A stretch of 64,000 nt of DNA from assembly GCA_045655245.1 (NCBI GenBank), contig JAZOOX010000024.1, positions 488 through 64,487 on the forward strand. Direction: 5' to 3'. The notes beneath the pieces are model-generated. The model worked only from the letters and a program-made list of their open reading frames with translations, was not told where the DNA came from and made no database searches. The DNA is from Clostridia bacterium (lineage in GTDB: Bacteria; Bacillota; Clostridia; RGIG8785). The position numbers and the translations under genes were made by a program. Each line of letters starts with the position of its first letter. The first letter of the stretch is position 1. This document shows, piece after piece, positions 30,202-39,357 of the stretch.

Positions 30202-30210
30202 GAAAAACCG

Positions 30211-30256
30211 TTCGACAAAAAACCTCTCATTTGCATTGCTGCAAACGAGAGGTTCT
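30211..30256 (-). terminator. Terminator of ispF
   Basis: AACCTCTC-(18-nt loop)-GAGAGGTT followed by T6. Confidence 0.5.
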
Positions 30257-30259
30257 CTT

Positions 30260-30730
30260 TCACGATTCGATGGAGCAAGTCGCCATCGCGGCGATACCTT
30301 CTCCCGTCCCCGTAAAGCCAAGACCTTCGGTGGTGGTGGCTTTGATGCCGATGGCAGTAACAGGAAGGCTTAATGCCTGGCCAATGTTTTCACGCATGGT
30401 TTCGATATACCCTGCCAATTTGGGGCGCTGGGCGATGACAGTGGCATCCACGTTGACGATGTTAAAACCACGATCGTTCAGCAGTCGGCCCACGTGGGAT
30501 AACAGTTTTAAACTGCTGATGCCTTTGTAAGCGGGATCGGTGTCAGGGAAGTGCTGACCAATATCCCCCAAAGCGGCGGCACCCAGCAGAGCGTCCATAA
30601 TAGCGTGAACCAAGACGTCTGCATCCGAATGGCCCAGAAGTCCGTGGGAATGCGGAATCTCCACTCCGCCTAAAATCAGTTTACGGTCGGTGACCAAGCG
30701 GTGAACATCATAACCGATTCCTGCGCGCAT
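30260..30730 (-). CDS. ispF: 2-C-methyl-D-erythritol 2,4-cyclodiphosphate synthase
   Basis: 156 aa, GIGYDVHRL...HSDADV..HA motifs. Confidence 0.9.
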   Translation of the reverse strand: MRAGIGYDVHRLVTDRKLILGGVEIPHSHGLLGHSDADVLVHAIMDALLGAAALGDIGQHFPDTDPAYKGISSLKLLSHVGRLLNDRGFNIVNVDATVIAQRPKLAGYIETMRENIGQALSLPVTAIGIKATTTEGLGFTGTGEGIAAMATCSIES

Positions 30731-31407
30731 TACAATCCCCTTCCTTGCAATATGGTTTCTGCTAAAATCAAGTCGTCGGGCGTGGTAATTTTAATGTTTT
30801 CGTAAGAGCCTTCGACCATATAGACCCGGTATCCTGCCCGCTCACAAACGGCACAGTCATCGGTAACGCCAAAATCCTCCAATGCCGCAAATGCCGTACG
30901 CAAGATTTGGGTACGAAAGACTTGCGGCGTCTGCACCGCCCATAGTTTAGCGCGGTCAGGGGTATCTAAGATACGCCCGTCAGGGTCACAGACCTTAATG
31001 GTGTCTTTGACCCGTACGCCGATAGCGGCAGCGCCTTGACGTTTGGCAGCGATAACGGTGCGGTCGATTTCGTCAGGGGTAATCAGGCAACGGGCGCCAT
31101 CGTGAACCAAAACCATATCGTCCTCTACTGCGTTTAATCCTGCCAAAACCGATTCGGCACGGGTGGCGCCGCCCCGCACCAAGGTAACGGGGAGGGGCAA
31201 GTCCAACGCTTGAACCAGATGAGAAAGCGGGAGGATATCCTCCTCCCGCGTGACGATTACAATGCGGTCAACCGACTGGGAAGCGGCCAACGAAAGCAAG
31301 GTATGTGCAATAACAGGTTTGCCCGAAAGGGACAAAAACAGTTTCCCGCCCGCGGCACCCATACGGGTTCCGCTCCCTGCGGCGGGAACGATTGCGGTAC
31401 AGCCCAT
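30730..31407 (-). CDS. ispD: 2-C-methyl-D-erythritol 4-phosphate cytidylyltransferase
   Basis: 225 aa, [13 protein letters not shown] motif. Start overlaps the carD stop; end overlaps the ispF start. Confidence 0.88.
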   Translation of the reverse strand: MGCTAIVPAAGSGTRMGAAGGKLFLSLSGKPVIAHTLLSLAASQSVDRIVIVTREEDILPLSHLVQALDLPLPVTLVRGGATRAESVLAGLNAVEDDMVLVHDGARCLITPDEIDRTVIAAKRQGAAAIGVRVKDTIKVCDPDGRILDTPDRAKLWAVQTPQVFRTQILRTAFAALEDFGVTDDCAVCERAGYRVYMVEGSYENIKITTPDDLILAETILQGRGL

Positions 31408-31877
31408 CAGACGGCTCCTTCCAACAATTCTTCTAAAATTTCTTCATTTACGTCTTTAGCAAGTGACAGTTCGGACAATAAAATCTTACGGGCATTGGTT
31501 AGCATCTTCCGTTCCCCGGTGGAAAGCATCCGCTCGCGATCACGGAGCATCAGGCTTTTGACCACAAAAGCAACCTCGAAGATATCCCCACCCCGAATCC
31601 GCGTCATATTATCGCGGCAACGGCGGTTCCAGTTATCATTTTCATCCCGGCCGATTTCTTTAAATGCTTCCAACACACGGTCCGCTTCTTCTGCAGAGAT
31701 CACATCCCGCAGATTGGCTTTTTCTGCCTTGTCGACGGGAATCATAAACCGAACGGCACCGGGCACGGACAGCACGTAATAGAGCGCCTTTTCGCCAAAT
31801 ACTTCCCGTTCTTCAATGGCCTGAATCACACCGGCACCATACATGGGATACACGATTTTATCGCCGATATCGTACAT
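31407..31877 (-). CDS. CarD/CdnL family transcriptional regulator (RNAP-interacting domain)
   Basis: Start at internal ATG (MYDIGDKIVYPMYGAGVIQAIEEREV) with AGGAGG. Gene order carD-ispD-ispF is typical of Firmicutes. Confidence 0.8.
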   Translation of the reverse strand: MYDIGDKIVYPMYGAGVIQAIEEREVFGEKALYYVLSVPGAVRFMIPVDKAEKANLRDVISAEEADRVLEAFKEIGRDENDNWNRRCRDNMTRIRGGDIFEVAFVVKSLMLRDRERMLSTGERKMLTNARKILLSELSLAKDVNEEILEELLEGAV

Positions 31878-32025
31878 GGTCAGTCCTCCTAAAGTCACAA
31901 AAACGCTTGTCATCTTTCTCTAACGGATGCCTTAATTATACCACCAAACCCTGTTTTTGTCAAACAAAATAAAAAAAGAAAAGCCCCACAACGTGAGACT
32001 TTTCCCGAAGATTTGCAGAAGTTTG

Positions 32026-32301
32026 TTATTCCTCTACCGGTTCTTCTAACAGAGCGGCCTGATAACGGTCTAAAATAGCGTTTTGAATCCGCTCCCGCAT
32101 TTGCGCATTGATCGGATGCGCAATGTCTTTGAATTCGCCGTCCGGAGTACGTCTGCTGGGCATTGCCACAAACAGCCGTTCCTGGCCTTCGATTACTTTG
32201 ATGTCATGGATCGCAAAAGCATCGTCAAAAGTGAGTGAAACGATGGCTTTCATTTTCCCCTCGTTGCTGATCTTACGAATGCGAATATCCGTAATCTCCA
32301 T
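32026..32301 (-). CDS. spoVG: Septation protein SpoVG
   Basis: Start at internal [13 protein letters not shown]. Near-identical over the whole length to Bacillus SpoVG as I recall it ([52 protein letters not shown]). Confidence 0.9.
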   Translation of the reverse strand: MEITDIRIRKISNEGKMKAIVSLTFDDAFAIHDIKVIEGQERLFVAMPSRRTPDGEFKDIAHPINAQMRERIQNAILDRYQAALLEEPVEE

Positions 32302-32356
32302 GCTTATCCCCCTTATAGTGTTAACAACGGGCATGACATCCCATTGATTTTATCAT

Positions 32357-32385
32357 ATTCTAACAAAATTTTGATAAAAAATCAA
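32357..32385 (-). promoter_or_regulatory. Promoter of spoVG
   Basis: TTGATT, 17 nt, TAGAAT, followed by a ~60-nt leader. Confidence 0.4.
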
Positions 32386-32444
32386 GTGTTTTTATAACTT
32401 TTTTCTATCTTTTTTCCATTTTTTTGCGAAAAATCGGAAAGAGA

Positions 32445-32473
32445 TTGATTTTTTTACCGAAAAAGAATATAAT
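32445..32473 (+). promoter_or_regulatory. Promoter of the murC / FTRc-like / trxA operon
   Basis: TTGATT, 17 nt, TATAAT. Immediately followed by the inverted repeat TGTTGTAA-T-TTACAACA. Confidence 0.5.
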
Positions 32474-32506
32474 AGTGTTGTAATTTACAACAAGGAGAAT
32501 CCAAAA

Positions 32507-33862
32507 ATGTTCAAAACACATTCTCACATACACTTCATCGGCATCGGCGGTGTTTCCATGAGCGCCCTTGCACTGATTTTAAAAAACGACGGGCACACTG
32601 TCACCGGCTCCGATTTTAAAGAATCGGCAACGACTTGTTTGTTAGAGACCCGAGGTATTCCCGTTTGTATCGGGCATCTCCCCCATCAGGTAGAAGGTGC
32701 CGATATGGTCGTCTATACCGCCGCCATCCACCCCGACAACCCCGAGCTGATCGCCGCCCGTGAAAAAGGGATCCCCACTTACGAACGGTGTGTGGTGTTG
32801 GGCGAGATGATGAAGGCTTACCGCTACCCCATTTTGGTATCAGGCACCCACGGTAAAACCACCACGACTTCGATGCTGGCATCAATCTTTATGGCTGCCG
32901 CAACCGATCCTACCGTACTGGTCGGTGGAAACCTGGCAGGCATTGAGGGCAACCACCGCATCGGCAGTCCTCATTATTTTATCGCAGAAGCCTGCGAATA
33001 TGTAGAAAGTTTTCTGCACTTTTTCCCCTTTGTTGCCATTTTACTGGATGTAGAAGAAGACCATATGGACTATTTCCGTGACTTGGACCATATCGTTTCG
33101 GCCTTTCACAAGTTTGCCGCATTGGTACCCAAGGACGGCTTGGTGGTGGTCAACGGCGATGACCCCAACGCCCTCCGCGCCACAGAAGGTCTTTCCTGCA
33201 AGGTGGTTACAGCAGGGCTGACGCCTACTTCCGACTACTACGCCAAGGACATCACCTATGACGATGATGCCTGCGCTTCCTTTACCCTTTGCGCCCCCGA
33301 AGGAGAGACTTTCCCCATTCGTCTGGGAGTTGCGGGGAGCCATAACATTTCCAACGCCCTTTGTGCCATTGCAACAGCACGGCGGTTTGACCTTGCGTGG
33401 GGGGATATTGCAAGAGGGCTTTTGCTCTTTAAAGGTGCCGAACGGCGGTTTGAGTATAAAGGCGAGCCAAACGGCACCCGGATCTACCACGACTATGCCC
33501 ACCACCCTACCGAGCTGAAAACCACCTTGGAAGTGGGAAACAAAATCAAAAAGGACGGACGGCTGTTTCTCGTTTTTCAGCCCCATACCTACACCCGTAC
33601 CCAGGCGTTTTGGCAGGAGTTTAAAGAGGTTTTGTCCCAGGCAGACTGCCTGATTTTGGCAGACATTTACGCCGCACGAGAAGCCAATACTTTAGGAGTG
33701 TCCTCTGCCGGAATGGCGAAAGAGATTGCAGGCGCTGTCAACCTTCCCTCCTTCGAGGCGATTGCAGACTATGTACGCCGCGAAGCAAGGTCGGGTGACA
33801 CGGTGATCACCGTCGGCGCGGGAGACATTTTCCGTGTCGGGGAAATCTTATTAAAAAAATAA
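32507..33862 (+). CDS. murC: UDP-N-acetylmuramate--L-alanine ligase
   Basis: 451 aa. HFIGIGGVSMSALA and GTHGKTTTTSM motifs. Confidence 0.9.
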   Translation: MFKTHSHIHFIGIGGVSMSALALILKNDGHTVTGSDFKESATTCLLETRGIPVCIGHLPHQVEGADMVVYTAAIHPDNPELIAAREKGIPTYERCVVLGEMMKAYRYPILVSGTHGKTTTTSMLASIFMAAATDPTVLVGGNLAGIEGNHRIGSPHYFIAEACEYVESFLHFFPFVAILLDVEEDHMDYFRDLDHIVSAFHKFAALVPKDGLVVVNGDDPNALRATEGLSCKVVTAGLTPTSDYYAKDITYDDDACASFTLCAPEGETFPIRLGVAGSHNISNALCAIATARRFDLAWGDIARGLLLFKGAERRFEYKGEPNGTRIYHDYAHHPTELKTTLEVGNKIKKDGRLFLVFQPHTYTRTQAFWQEFKEVLSQADCLILADIYAAREANTLGVSSAGMAKEIAGAVNLPSFEAIADYVRREARSGDTVITVGAGDIFRVGEILLKK

Positions 33863-33872
33863 GGAGACAATT

Positions 33873-34070
33873 ATGTATATCAAATTAAACCCCAACGAAA
33901 AAGTAGTAGCTGCACTTCGTGAAGGTTTGCAAAAAAAGGGCGGGTATTGCCCCTGCCGTCGGGAGGAAAAACCCGAATACTTCTGTATGTGCGAGGAGTT
34001 CCGCAAGCAGATTGAAGATCCCGAATTTGAAGGCTATTGCCACTGTATGCTTTATTATAAAGGAGAATAA
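33873..34070 (+). CDS. Small ferredoxin-thioredoxin reductase catalytic-subunit-like protein (CPC..CMC..CHC cysteine cluster)
   Basis: 65 aa. Three CxC pairs (CPC, CMC, CHC) with spacing reminiscent of the FTR catalytic domain. RBS 10 nt after the murC stop; trxA starts 2 nt after this gene's stop. Confidence 0.55.
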   Translation: MYIKLNPNEKVVAALREGLQKKGGYCPCRREEKPEYFCMCEEFRKQIEDPEFEGYCHCMLYYKGE

Positions 34071-34072
34071 AA

Positions 34073-34387
34073 ATGGCTGAAATTATTTTAACCGCAGAAA
34101 ATTTTGAAACCGAGGTATTGCAGTCGGACATTCCCGTGCTGGTAGATTTTTGGGCGACCTGGTGCGGTCCTTGCATGATGCTGGCGCCTATCGTAGAAGA
34201 ACTGGCAGAAGAGCTGGCGGGAAAGGTCAAGGTCTGCAAAGTCAACGTGGACGAGCAACCCCTGCTTGCGACTCAATTCCGCATCGTCAGCATCCCCACC
34301 CTGTTGCTGTTTGAAGAGGGTGCGGTCAAGGCAAGTACTCTGGGCTACCTCACCAAAGATCAGCTAAAATCGAAACTGGGTTTGTGA
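34073..34387 (+). CDS. trxA: Thioredoxin
   Basis: 104 aa with the WCGPC active site. Confidence 0.9.
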   Translation: MAEIILTAENFETEVLQSDIPVLVDFWATWCGPCMMLAPIVEELAEELAGKVKVCKVNVDEQPLLATQFRIVSIPTLLLFEEGAVKASTLGYLTKDQLKSKLGL

Positions 34388-34401
34388 TTTTTCTGTTAAT
34401 A

Positions 34402-34433
34402 AAAAAGAGCCCTCTTGGAGGGCTCTTTTTTAT
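34402..34433. terminator. Bidirectional terminator between trxA and fba
   Basis: AGAGCCCTC-ttgg-GAGGGCTCT flanked by A6/T6. Confidence 0.7.
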
Positions 34434-34440
34434 GCTCTTT

Positions 34441-35304
34441 TTACGCCTTGTTAACAGAACCAAAGAGTTCCATCTTTTCCTTTACAGTTGCCTTGATGGC
34501 TTCAAAGCCGGGGGCCAGCAACTTTCTGGGATCAAAGCCTTTGCCTTCTAAATCCTTGCCTGCTTCGATATACTTGCGGGTAGCTTCGGCAAAGCTTAAC
34601 TGACATTCGGTGTTAACGTTAATTTTAGAAACGCCCAGGGAAATGGCTTCCTGGATCATCTCGGCGGGGATGCCGGTACCGCCGTGGAGTACCAGGGGCA
34701 TTACGCCGGTTTTTTCCTGGATCTTTGCCAAAACGTCAAATCTCAGACCTGCCCAGTTTTCGGGGTACTTGCCGTGAATGTTACCGATACCTGCCGCCAG
34801 CATATCAACACCCAGGTCTGCAATCATCTTGCACTCGTCGGGATCAGCAACTTCGCCGTTGCCGACAACGCCGTCTTCTTCACCACCGATAGCACCGACT
34901 TCTGCTTCAACAGAAATACCTGCAGCGTGTGCCTTGGCAATGATTTCCTTGGTCTTTTCGATGTTCTCGTCAATGGGATAGTGAGAACCGTCGAACATCA
35001 CCGAAGAGAACCCTGCTTCCATCGCGCGGTGTGCGCCTTCGTAACTACCGTGATCCAGATGCAGTGCAACCGGAACGGTAATCTTTAATTCTTCCATCAT
35101 TGCCTTGACCATAGCGGCAACGGTCTTAAAGCCGGTCATATACTTGCCCGCACCCTCGGATACACCCAGGATTACGGGAGAGCGATTCTCCTCAGCGGTC
35201 AGTAAAATCGCCTTGGTCCACTCCAGATTATTGATGTTAAACTGTCCTACCGCATACTTACCAGCCTTGGCTTTCTGCAGCATCTCGGTTGCCGATACCA
35301 ACAT
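34441..35304 (-). CDS. fba: Fructose-bisphosphate aldolase class II
   Basis: 287 aa, class II FBA motifs (..GQFNINNLEW.., ..LHLDHG.., ..VMFDGSH..). Confidence 0.9.
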   Translation of the reverse strand: MLVSATEMLQKAKAGKYAVGQFNINNLEWTKAILLTAEENRSPVILGVSEGAGKYMTGFKTVAAMVKAMMEELKITVPVALHLDHGSYEGAHRAMEAGFSSVMFDGSHYPIDENIEKTKEIIAKAHAAGISVEAEVGAIGGEEDGVVGNGEVADPDECKMIADLGVDMLAAGIGNIHGKYPENWAGLRFDVLAKIQEKTGVMPLVLHGGTGIPAEMIQEAISLGVSKINVNTECQLSFAEATRKYIEAGKDLEGKGFDPRKLLAPGFEAIKATVKEKMELFGSVNKA

Positions 35305-35345
35305 TGTAACTCCTCCTAATATTGTTAAATTTTCTCAACCCGTTT

Positions 35346-35374
35346 AGTATACCCCAAAATGTGAAGTTTGTCAA
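35346..35374 (-). promoter_or_regulatory. Promoter of fba
   Basis: TTGACA, 17 nt, TATACT. Confidence 0.55.
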
Positions 35375-35379
35375 ATATT

Positions 35380-36303
35380 TTACACAAATAATGGGGAAGA
35401 AAGATAGCGTTCCCCTGTATCGGGAAGCAAGACGACCACATTTAAAGGGTCTTTGACCTCTTTGGCACACTTGACAGCCGCTGCTAACGCCGCTCCGCTA
35501 CTGATGCCCACCAAGATTCCCTCGGTCTTTGCCAAGAGCCGTGCGGCTTGATATGCTTCTTCCTCGGTAACGGTGACCGTTTCGTCCAAAAGGCTCGTAT
35601 CCAGCACCTCGGGAACGAACCCCGCACCGATGCCCTGAAGTCCATGGGCACCACTTTTGCCGTGGGTCAGCACGGGAGAAGAAGCCGGCTCTGCACCGAC
35701 GATACGGACATCCGCTTTTTGCTCTTTTAAATAACGACCAACACCTGTAATTGTGCCTCCCGTTCCGATTCCCGCCACAAACCAATCCACCGTACCATCG
35801 GTATCTGTCCAGATTTCAGGGCCTGTGGTCAGGTAGTGTGCCTCTGCATTGGACGGGTTTTCAAACTGTCCCGCAATCCAGGCGTTGGGGACGGTTTTTG
35901 CCAGTTCTTTTGCCTTTTCAATGGCGCCGTTCATCCCTTTTGCGCCCTCGGTCAGTACCAACTCCGCACCATAAGCCGCCAACAGTTTGCGGCGCTCGAC
36001 GCTCATGGTTTCGGGCATGGTCAAAATTACGCGGTAGCCGCGAATGGCACCAACCATAGCAAGACCGATTCCCGTATTCCCCGAAGTCGGCTCAATGATC
36101 ACCGAGTCGGGGGTTAAAAGCCCTTGGGCTTCGGCGTCCTCGATCATCTTAAGACCTACACGGTCTTTCGCACTGCCCGCAGGGTTTTGTTTTTCCAATT
36201 TCACAATCAGGCGAACCGGCAGCTCCTCTGCCGCCGCAAAACGGTCTATCGCCACCAACGGGGTCTTTCCCACTACGCCTGTTAAGTCCGGAAAAATCTG
36301 CAT
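35380..36303 (-). CDS. cysK: Cysteine synthase A (O-acetylserine sulfhydrylase)
   Basis: 307 aa. PLP-lysine motif NPAGSAKDR and GIGTGGTITG loop. Confidence 0.9.
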   Translation of the reverse strand: MQIFPDLTGVVGKTPLVAIDRFAAAEELPVRLIVKLEKQNPAGSAKDRVGLKMIEDAEAQGLLTPDSVIIEPTSGNTGIGLAMVGAIRGYRVILTMPETMSVERRKLLAAYGAELVLTEGAKGMNGAIEKAKELAKTVPNAWIAGQFENPSNAEAHYLTTGPEIWTDTDGTVDWFVAGIGTGGTITGVGRYLKEQKADVRIVGAEPASSPVLTHGKSGAHGLQGIGAGFVPEVLDTSLLDETVTVTEEEAYQAARLLAKTEGILVGISSGAALAAAVKCAKEVKDPLNVVVLLPDTGERYLSSPLFV

Positions 36304-36323
36304 TCCTACTCACCTCTTTATAA

Positions 36324-36352
36324 ATTTTACCCTTATCTTTACCGTCTGTCAA
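36324..36352 (-). promoter_or_regulatory. Promoter of cysK
   Basis: TTGACA, 17 nt, TAAAAT. The leader is short, so there is no T-box. Confidence 0.5.
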
Positions 36353-36403
36353 TCGGTTTCTTCTATATAAATAAAGTTTTTTCAAAAAAATTTTAAAAAA
36401 CAC

Positions 36404-36432
36404 TTGCAAAACAAAAAACCTTATGGTAAAAT
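36404..36432 (+). promoter_or_regulatory. Promoter of rplS
   Basis: TTGCAA, 17 nt, TAAAAT. Confidence 0.5.
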
Positions 36433-36439
36433 ACTCAAG

Positions 36440-36506
36440 TATCAGTACGGATAGTCCTCTGTTTGCAAAGGGCAAGCATGAATGTTCGAGAATCAAGGAG
36501 GAAAAA
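36440..36506 (+). promoter_or_regulatory. Possible L19 (rplS) autoregulatory leader
   Basis: ~70-nt structured 5' UTR ahead of rplS. Firmicutes carry an L19 leader motif at this position. Called by position only; I did not check a covariance model. Confidence 0.3.
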
Positions 36507-36857
36507 ATGGATATTTTACGCGCAATTACTCAGGAACAGTTAAGAACGGATCTGCCCGAACTGCAAATCGGTGACTATGTCAAGGTTTACATCAAGATCA
36601 AAGAAGGCAACCGTGAAAGAATCCAGATGTTCGAAGGCACTCTGATCGCCATGAAGCACGGCGGCATTCAGCAGACCTTCACCGTCAGACGTGTATCTTA
36701 CGGCGTTGGCGTTGAGAAAACCTTCCCGGTTCACTCTCCCAAGATTGACCGTATCGAGGTTGTAAGACACGGTAAAGTAAGACGTGCAAAGCTCTACTAC
36801 TTAAGAGACCGCGTTGGTAAAGCCGCCAAGGTTAAGGAACGTGTAGAAGCAAAATAA
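36507..36857 (+). CDS. rplS: 50S ribosomal protein L19
   Basis: Start at internal ATG ([12 protein letters not shown]) with AAGGAGG. 116 aa, typical L19. Confidence 0.92.
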   Translation: MDILRAITQEQLRTDLPELQIGDYVKVYIKIKEGNRERIQMFEGTLIAMKHGGIQQTFTVRRVSYGVGVEKTFPVHSPKIDRIEVVRHGKVRRAKLYYLRDRVGKAAKVKERVEAK

Positions 36858-36919
36858 GTAAGACGATGAAGGGGACAACTACTGTCCCCTTTTTCTATCC
36901 CCGGAAAGGAGTATCTTCA

Positions 36920-37504
36920 ATGAGTGACGAAATCTTAAACCCCACTCCCGAGGAGGAAGAAGAAGCCGAGGAGTTCTTCCCTTTGGGCACCAACTGGAAA
37001 AAAGAAATCAAGGAATGGCTTCAGGCAATTTTGTTTGCCTTGGTCATCGGTTATTTTATCATCAACTTCGTCTTTGCCACCGTCCGTGTAGAAGGTCAGT
37101 CAATGGACCCCACCCTGGCACACGGTGACCGTCTGATTGTCTGGCGGTTGGGTTACGAACCGCAAAACGGCGATATCGTCGTGTTAGAACCGCCCATTTA
37201 TAATGTTGACGACTACTACGTTAAGCGGGTCATCGCCACCGAAGGTCAGACGGTACAGATTATCAACAACCACGTCTATGTCAACGGCGAAGTCCTTGAC
37301 GAGCCTTATATCCAAGGCAGGGTCTCTGCCCTTGACTCGCGGTACGAACTACCGCAAACCATCCCCGAAGGCGCTTGCTTCGTCTTGGGTGACAACCGCG
37401 AACATAGCTCGGACAGCCGTGCTTTTGGCTTGGTGCCCAACGACCACATTATGGGCGAAGTCAAGCTACGCGTCTGGCCGCTAAACAGCTTAGGAGTGTT
37501 TTAA
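36920..37504 (+). CDS. lepB: Signal peptidase I
   Basis: Start at internal ATG (MSDEIL) with AAAGGAG. Catalytic SM..DP..GD box (EGQSMDPTLAHGDRLIV) and GDNRxxSxDSR box. Confidence 0.85.
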   Translation: MSDEILNPTPEEEEEAEEFFPLGTNWKKEIKEWLQAILFALVIGYFIINFVFATVRVEGQSMDPTLAHGDRLIVWRLGYEPQNGDIVVLEPPIYNVDDYYVKRVIATEGQTVQIINNHVYVNGEVLDEPYIQGRVSALDSRYELPQTIPEGACFVLGDNREHSSDSRAFGLVPNDHIMGEVKLRVWPLNSLGVF

Positions 37505-37505
37505 T

Positions 37506-38381
37506 ATGAATTCTTCCAACCTGCAATGGTTTCCGGGTCACATGACCAAAACCAAGCGTCAGATTGCCGAAGACCTAAAAAAAGTAGACCTGGTGGTCGA
37601 ACTGGTAGACGCCCGTCTCCCCTTAGCATCCCGCAACCCCATGTTGCACGAAATGATTGGGCAAAAACCGCGTATACTGATAATGAACAAATCGGATATG
37701 GCAGACGACGACCGAAACCGGGCTTTTGTGAACTATTTCAAAAGCCTGGGCATCATCACCCTGTTGGTCAACTCGCAAAACGGCGAAGGATTGGCACGGT
37801 TCCCCGAAGCGGTCAATCAGGCCCTTGCCGATAAGATCGCCCGCGCCCGTGAGAAAGGAATGCGGTTCATCCCCCGACTGATGATTGTGGGGATCCCTAA
37901 CGTAGGGAAATCCACCCTAATCAACCGCTTGGCTGGGAAAAAGAGTATGAAAACAGGCGACCGTCCCGGTGTCACCCGATCCAAACAATGGATCAAACTC
38001 CAAAACGGATACGAACTGTTGGACACTCCCGGCGTACTCTGGCCTAAGTTCGAGGATCCCGAAACCGCGTTGTTGCTCGCCTTTACGGGTGCCATCCGTG
38101 ATGAGATTACCGATATGGAAGAACTGGCGTTTTTACTGTTAAAACGGCTTCGCACCGACTACCTGGATGCCATCTGCGCCCGTTACCAGATCGACGATCC
38201 TGCCGAGGACGATTTTGACCTGCTGGAACAAATCGGTCGGAAACGCGGTTGTCTCCAAAGCGGAAACCGCGTCAACACCGAGCGGACCGCCGCCATTTTA
38301 CTGGACGAATTCCGTGCCGCCAAGCTGGGACGGATTACCTTACAAACCCCCGAGGTGAACGACAATGCTGACCACCTTTGA
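37506..38381 (+). CDS. rbgA: Ribosome biogenesis GTPase A (YlqF/RbgA)
   Basis: Circularly permuted GTPase: NKSDM before GIPNVGKST and DTPG. Confidence 0.85.
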   Translation: MNSSNLQWFPGHMTKTKRQIAEDLKKVDLVVELVDARLPLASRNPMLHEMIGQKPRILIMNKSDMADDDRNRAFVNYFKSLGIITLLVNSQNGEGLARFPEAVNQALADKIARAREKGMRFIPRLMIVGIPNVGKSTLINRLAGKKSMKTGDRPGVTRSKQWIKLQNGYELLDTPGVLWPKFEDPETALLLAFTGAIRDEITDMEELAFLLLKRLRTDYLDAICARYQIDDPAEDDFDLLEQIGRKRGCLQSGNRVNTERTAAILLDEFRAAKLGRITLQTPEVNDNADHL

Positions 38382-38955
38382 AGATGAAATCAGGGCCCGC
38401 GGATTCTTGCAGATTGCAGGGCTGGACGAAGTGGGTCGCGGACCTTTGGCAGGACCGGTCTGTGCCGCCGCCGTCATCCTTCCTCAAGATAGTGAATGGG
38501 AAGGATTAAACGACTCGAAAAAACTGTCCGCAAAAAAGCGAGATCTGCTTTTTGACCAAATCAAAGAAGGTGCTACCGCCTGGGCGGTAGGACTCATCAG
38601 CCCCGAAAAGATCGACGAAGTAAATATCCTAAACGCTTCGTTTTTAGCGATGAAAGAAGCGCTGGAACAACTCTCGGTCCGTCCCGACTATCTGCTGATT
38701 GACGGCAACCAATGCCGATTCCTGCCCGAGCCTTTTGAATGCATTATCAAAGGAGACGGCAAAGTCGCTTCCATCGCCGCTGCTTCGGTTTTGGCAAAGG
38801 TCACCCGTGACCGTTTGATGGATGAATACGATGTGATCTACCCCCAATATGGGTTTAAAAAGCATAAGGGTTACCCCACCAAAGAACATATGGAAGCCGT
38901 CCGCACCTACGGACCCTGCCCCATCCATCGGCGCAGCTTCCTGAAAAAATTTTAG
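38365..38955 (+). CDS. rnhB: Ribonuclease HII
   Basis: GLDEVGRGPLAGPV and DSKKLS motifs. Conserved order lepB-rbgA-rnhB. Confidence 0.9.
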   Translation: MLTTFEDEIRARGFLQIAGLDEVGRGPLAGPVCAAAVILPQDSEWEGLNDSKKLSAKKRDLLFDQIKEGATAWAVGLISPEKIDEVNILNASFLAMKEALEQLSVRPDYLLIDGNQCRFLPEPFECIIKGDGKVASIAAASVLAKVTRDRLMDEYDVIYPQYGFKKHKGYPTKEHMEAVRTYGPCPIHRRSFLKKF

Positions 38956-38964
38956 AGGTTCCCA

Positions 38965-39312
38965 ATGAATAACAAACAACTCGGTCGCTACGGAGAAGTC
39001 CTTGCGACCCTTTTTTTAAACTGCAAAGGGTACACGATCCAAAGCCGCAACTACCGCACCAATTTCGGCGAACTGGACATTGTAGCAAAACAAGGCAGAA
39101 CCCTGGTATTTATCGAGGTTAAGACCCGTACCTCCCATCGCTACGGCGGGGCGGCAGCCGCCGTCTCTGCCCAAAAGCAGGAGCGAATTCACCGCCTTGC
39201 TGCCGCATACTGCAATACCTACGGCTACGATCTTAACAAAACCGCTCTCCGTTTTGACGTAGTCGAGGTCTATCCCCCTTTGCGCATCCGTCACATCAAA
39301 GGCTGTTTTTAA
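38965..39312 (+). CDS. yraN: YraN family (UPF0102) predicted endonuclease
   Basis: 115 aa, GE..A..FL...GY.I..RN.R...GE.DI..K......FIEVK. Confidence 0.8.
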   Translation: MNNKQLGRYGEVLATLFLNCKGYTIQSRNYRTNFGELDIVAKQGRTLVFIEVKTRTSHRYGGAAAAVSAQKQERIHRLAAAYCNTYGYDLNKTALRFDVVEVYPPLRIRHIKGCF

Positions 39313-39357
39313 AAAGCGAAGGAATTCCAACCTCCCTCGGCTTAGGAAAGGACTTTT

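Noticed and set aside
31913-32026. Possible terminator after spoVG (GAAAAGTCTC...GGGGCTTTTC plus T7)
   Set aside because: Stem complementarity is poor (only ~6 of 10 bp). It was left unannotated, although the T-run suggests some termination activity.
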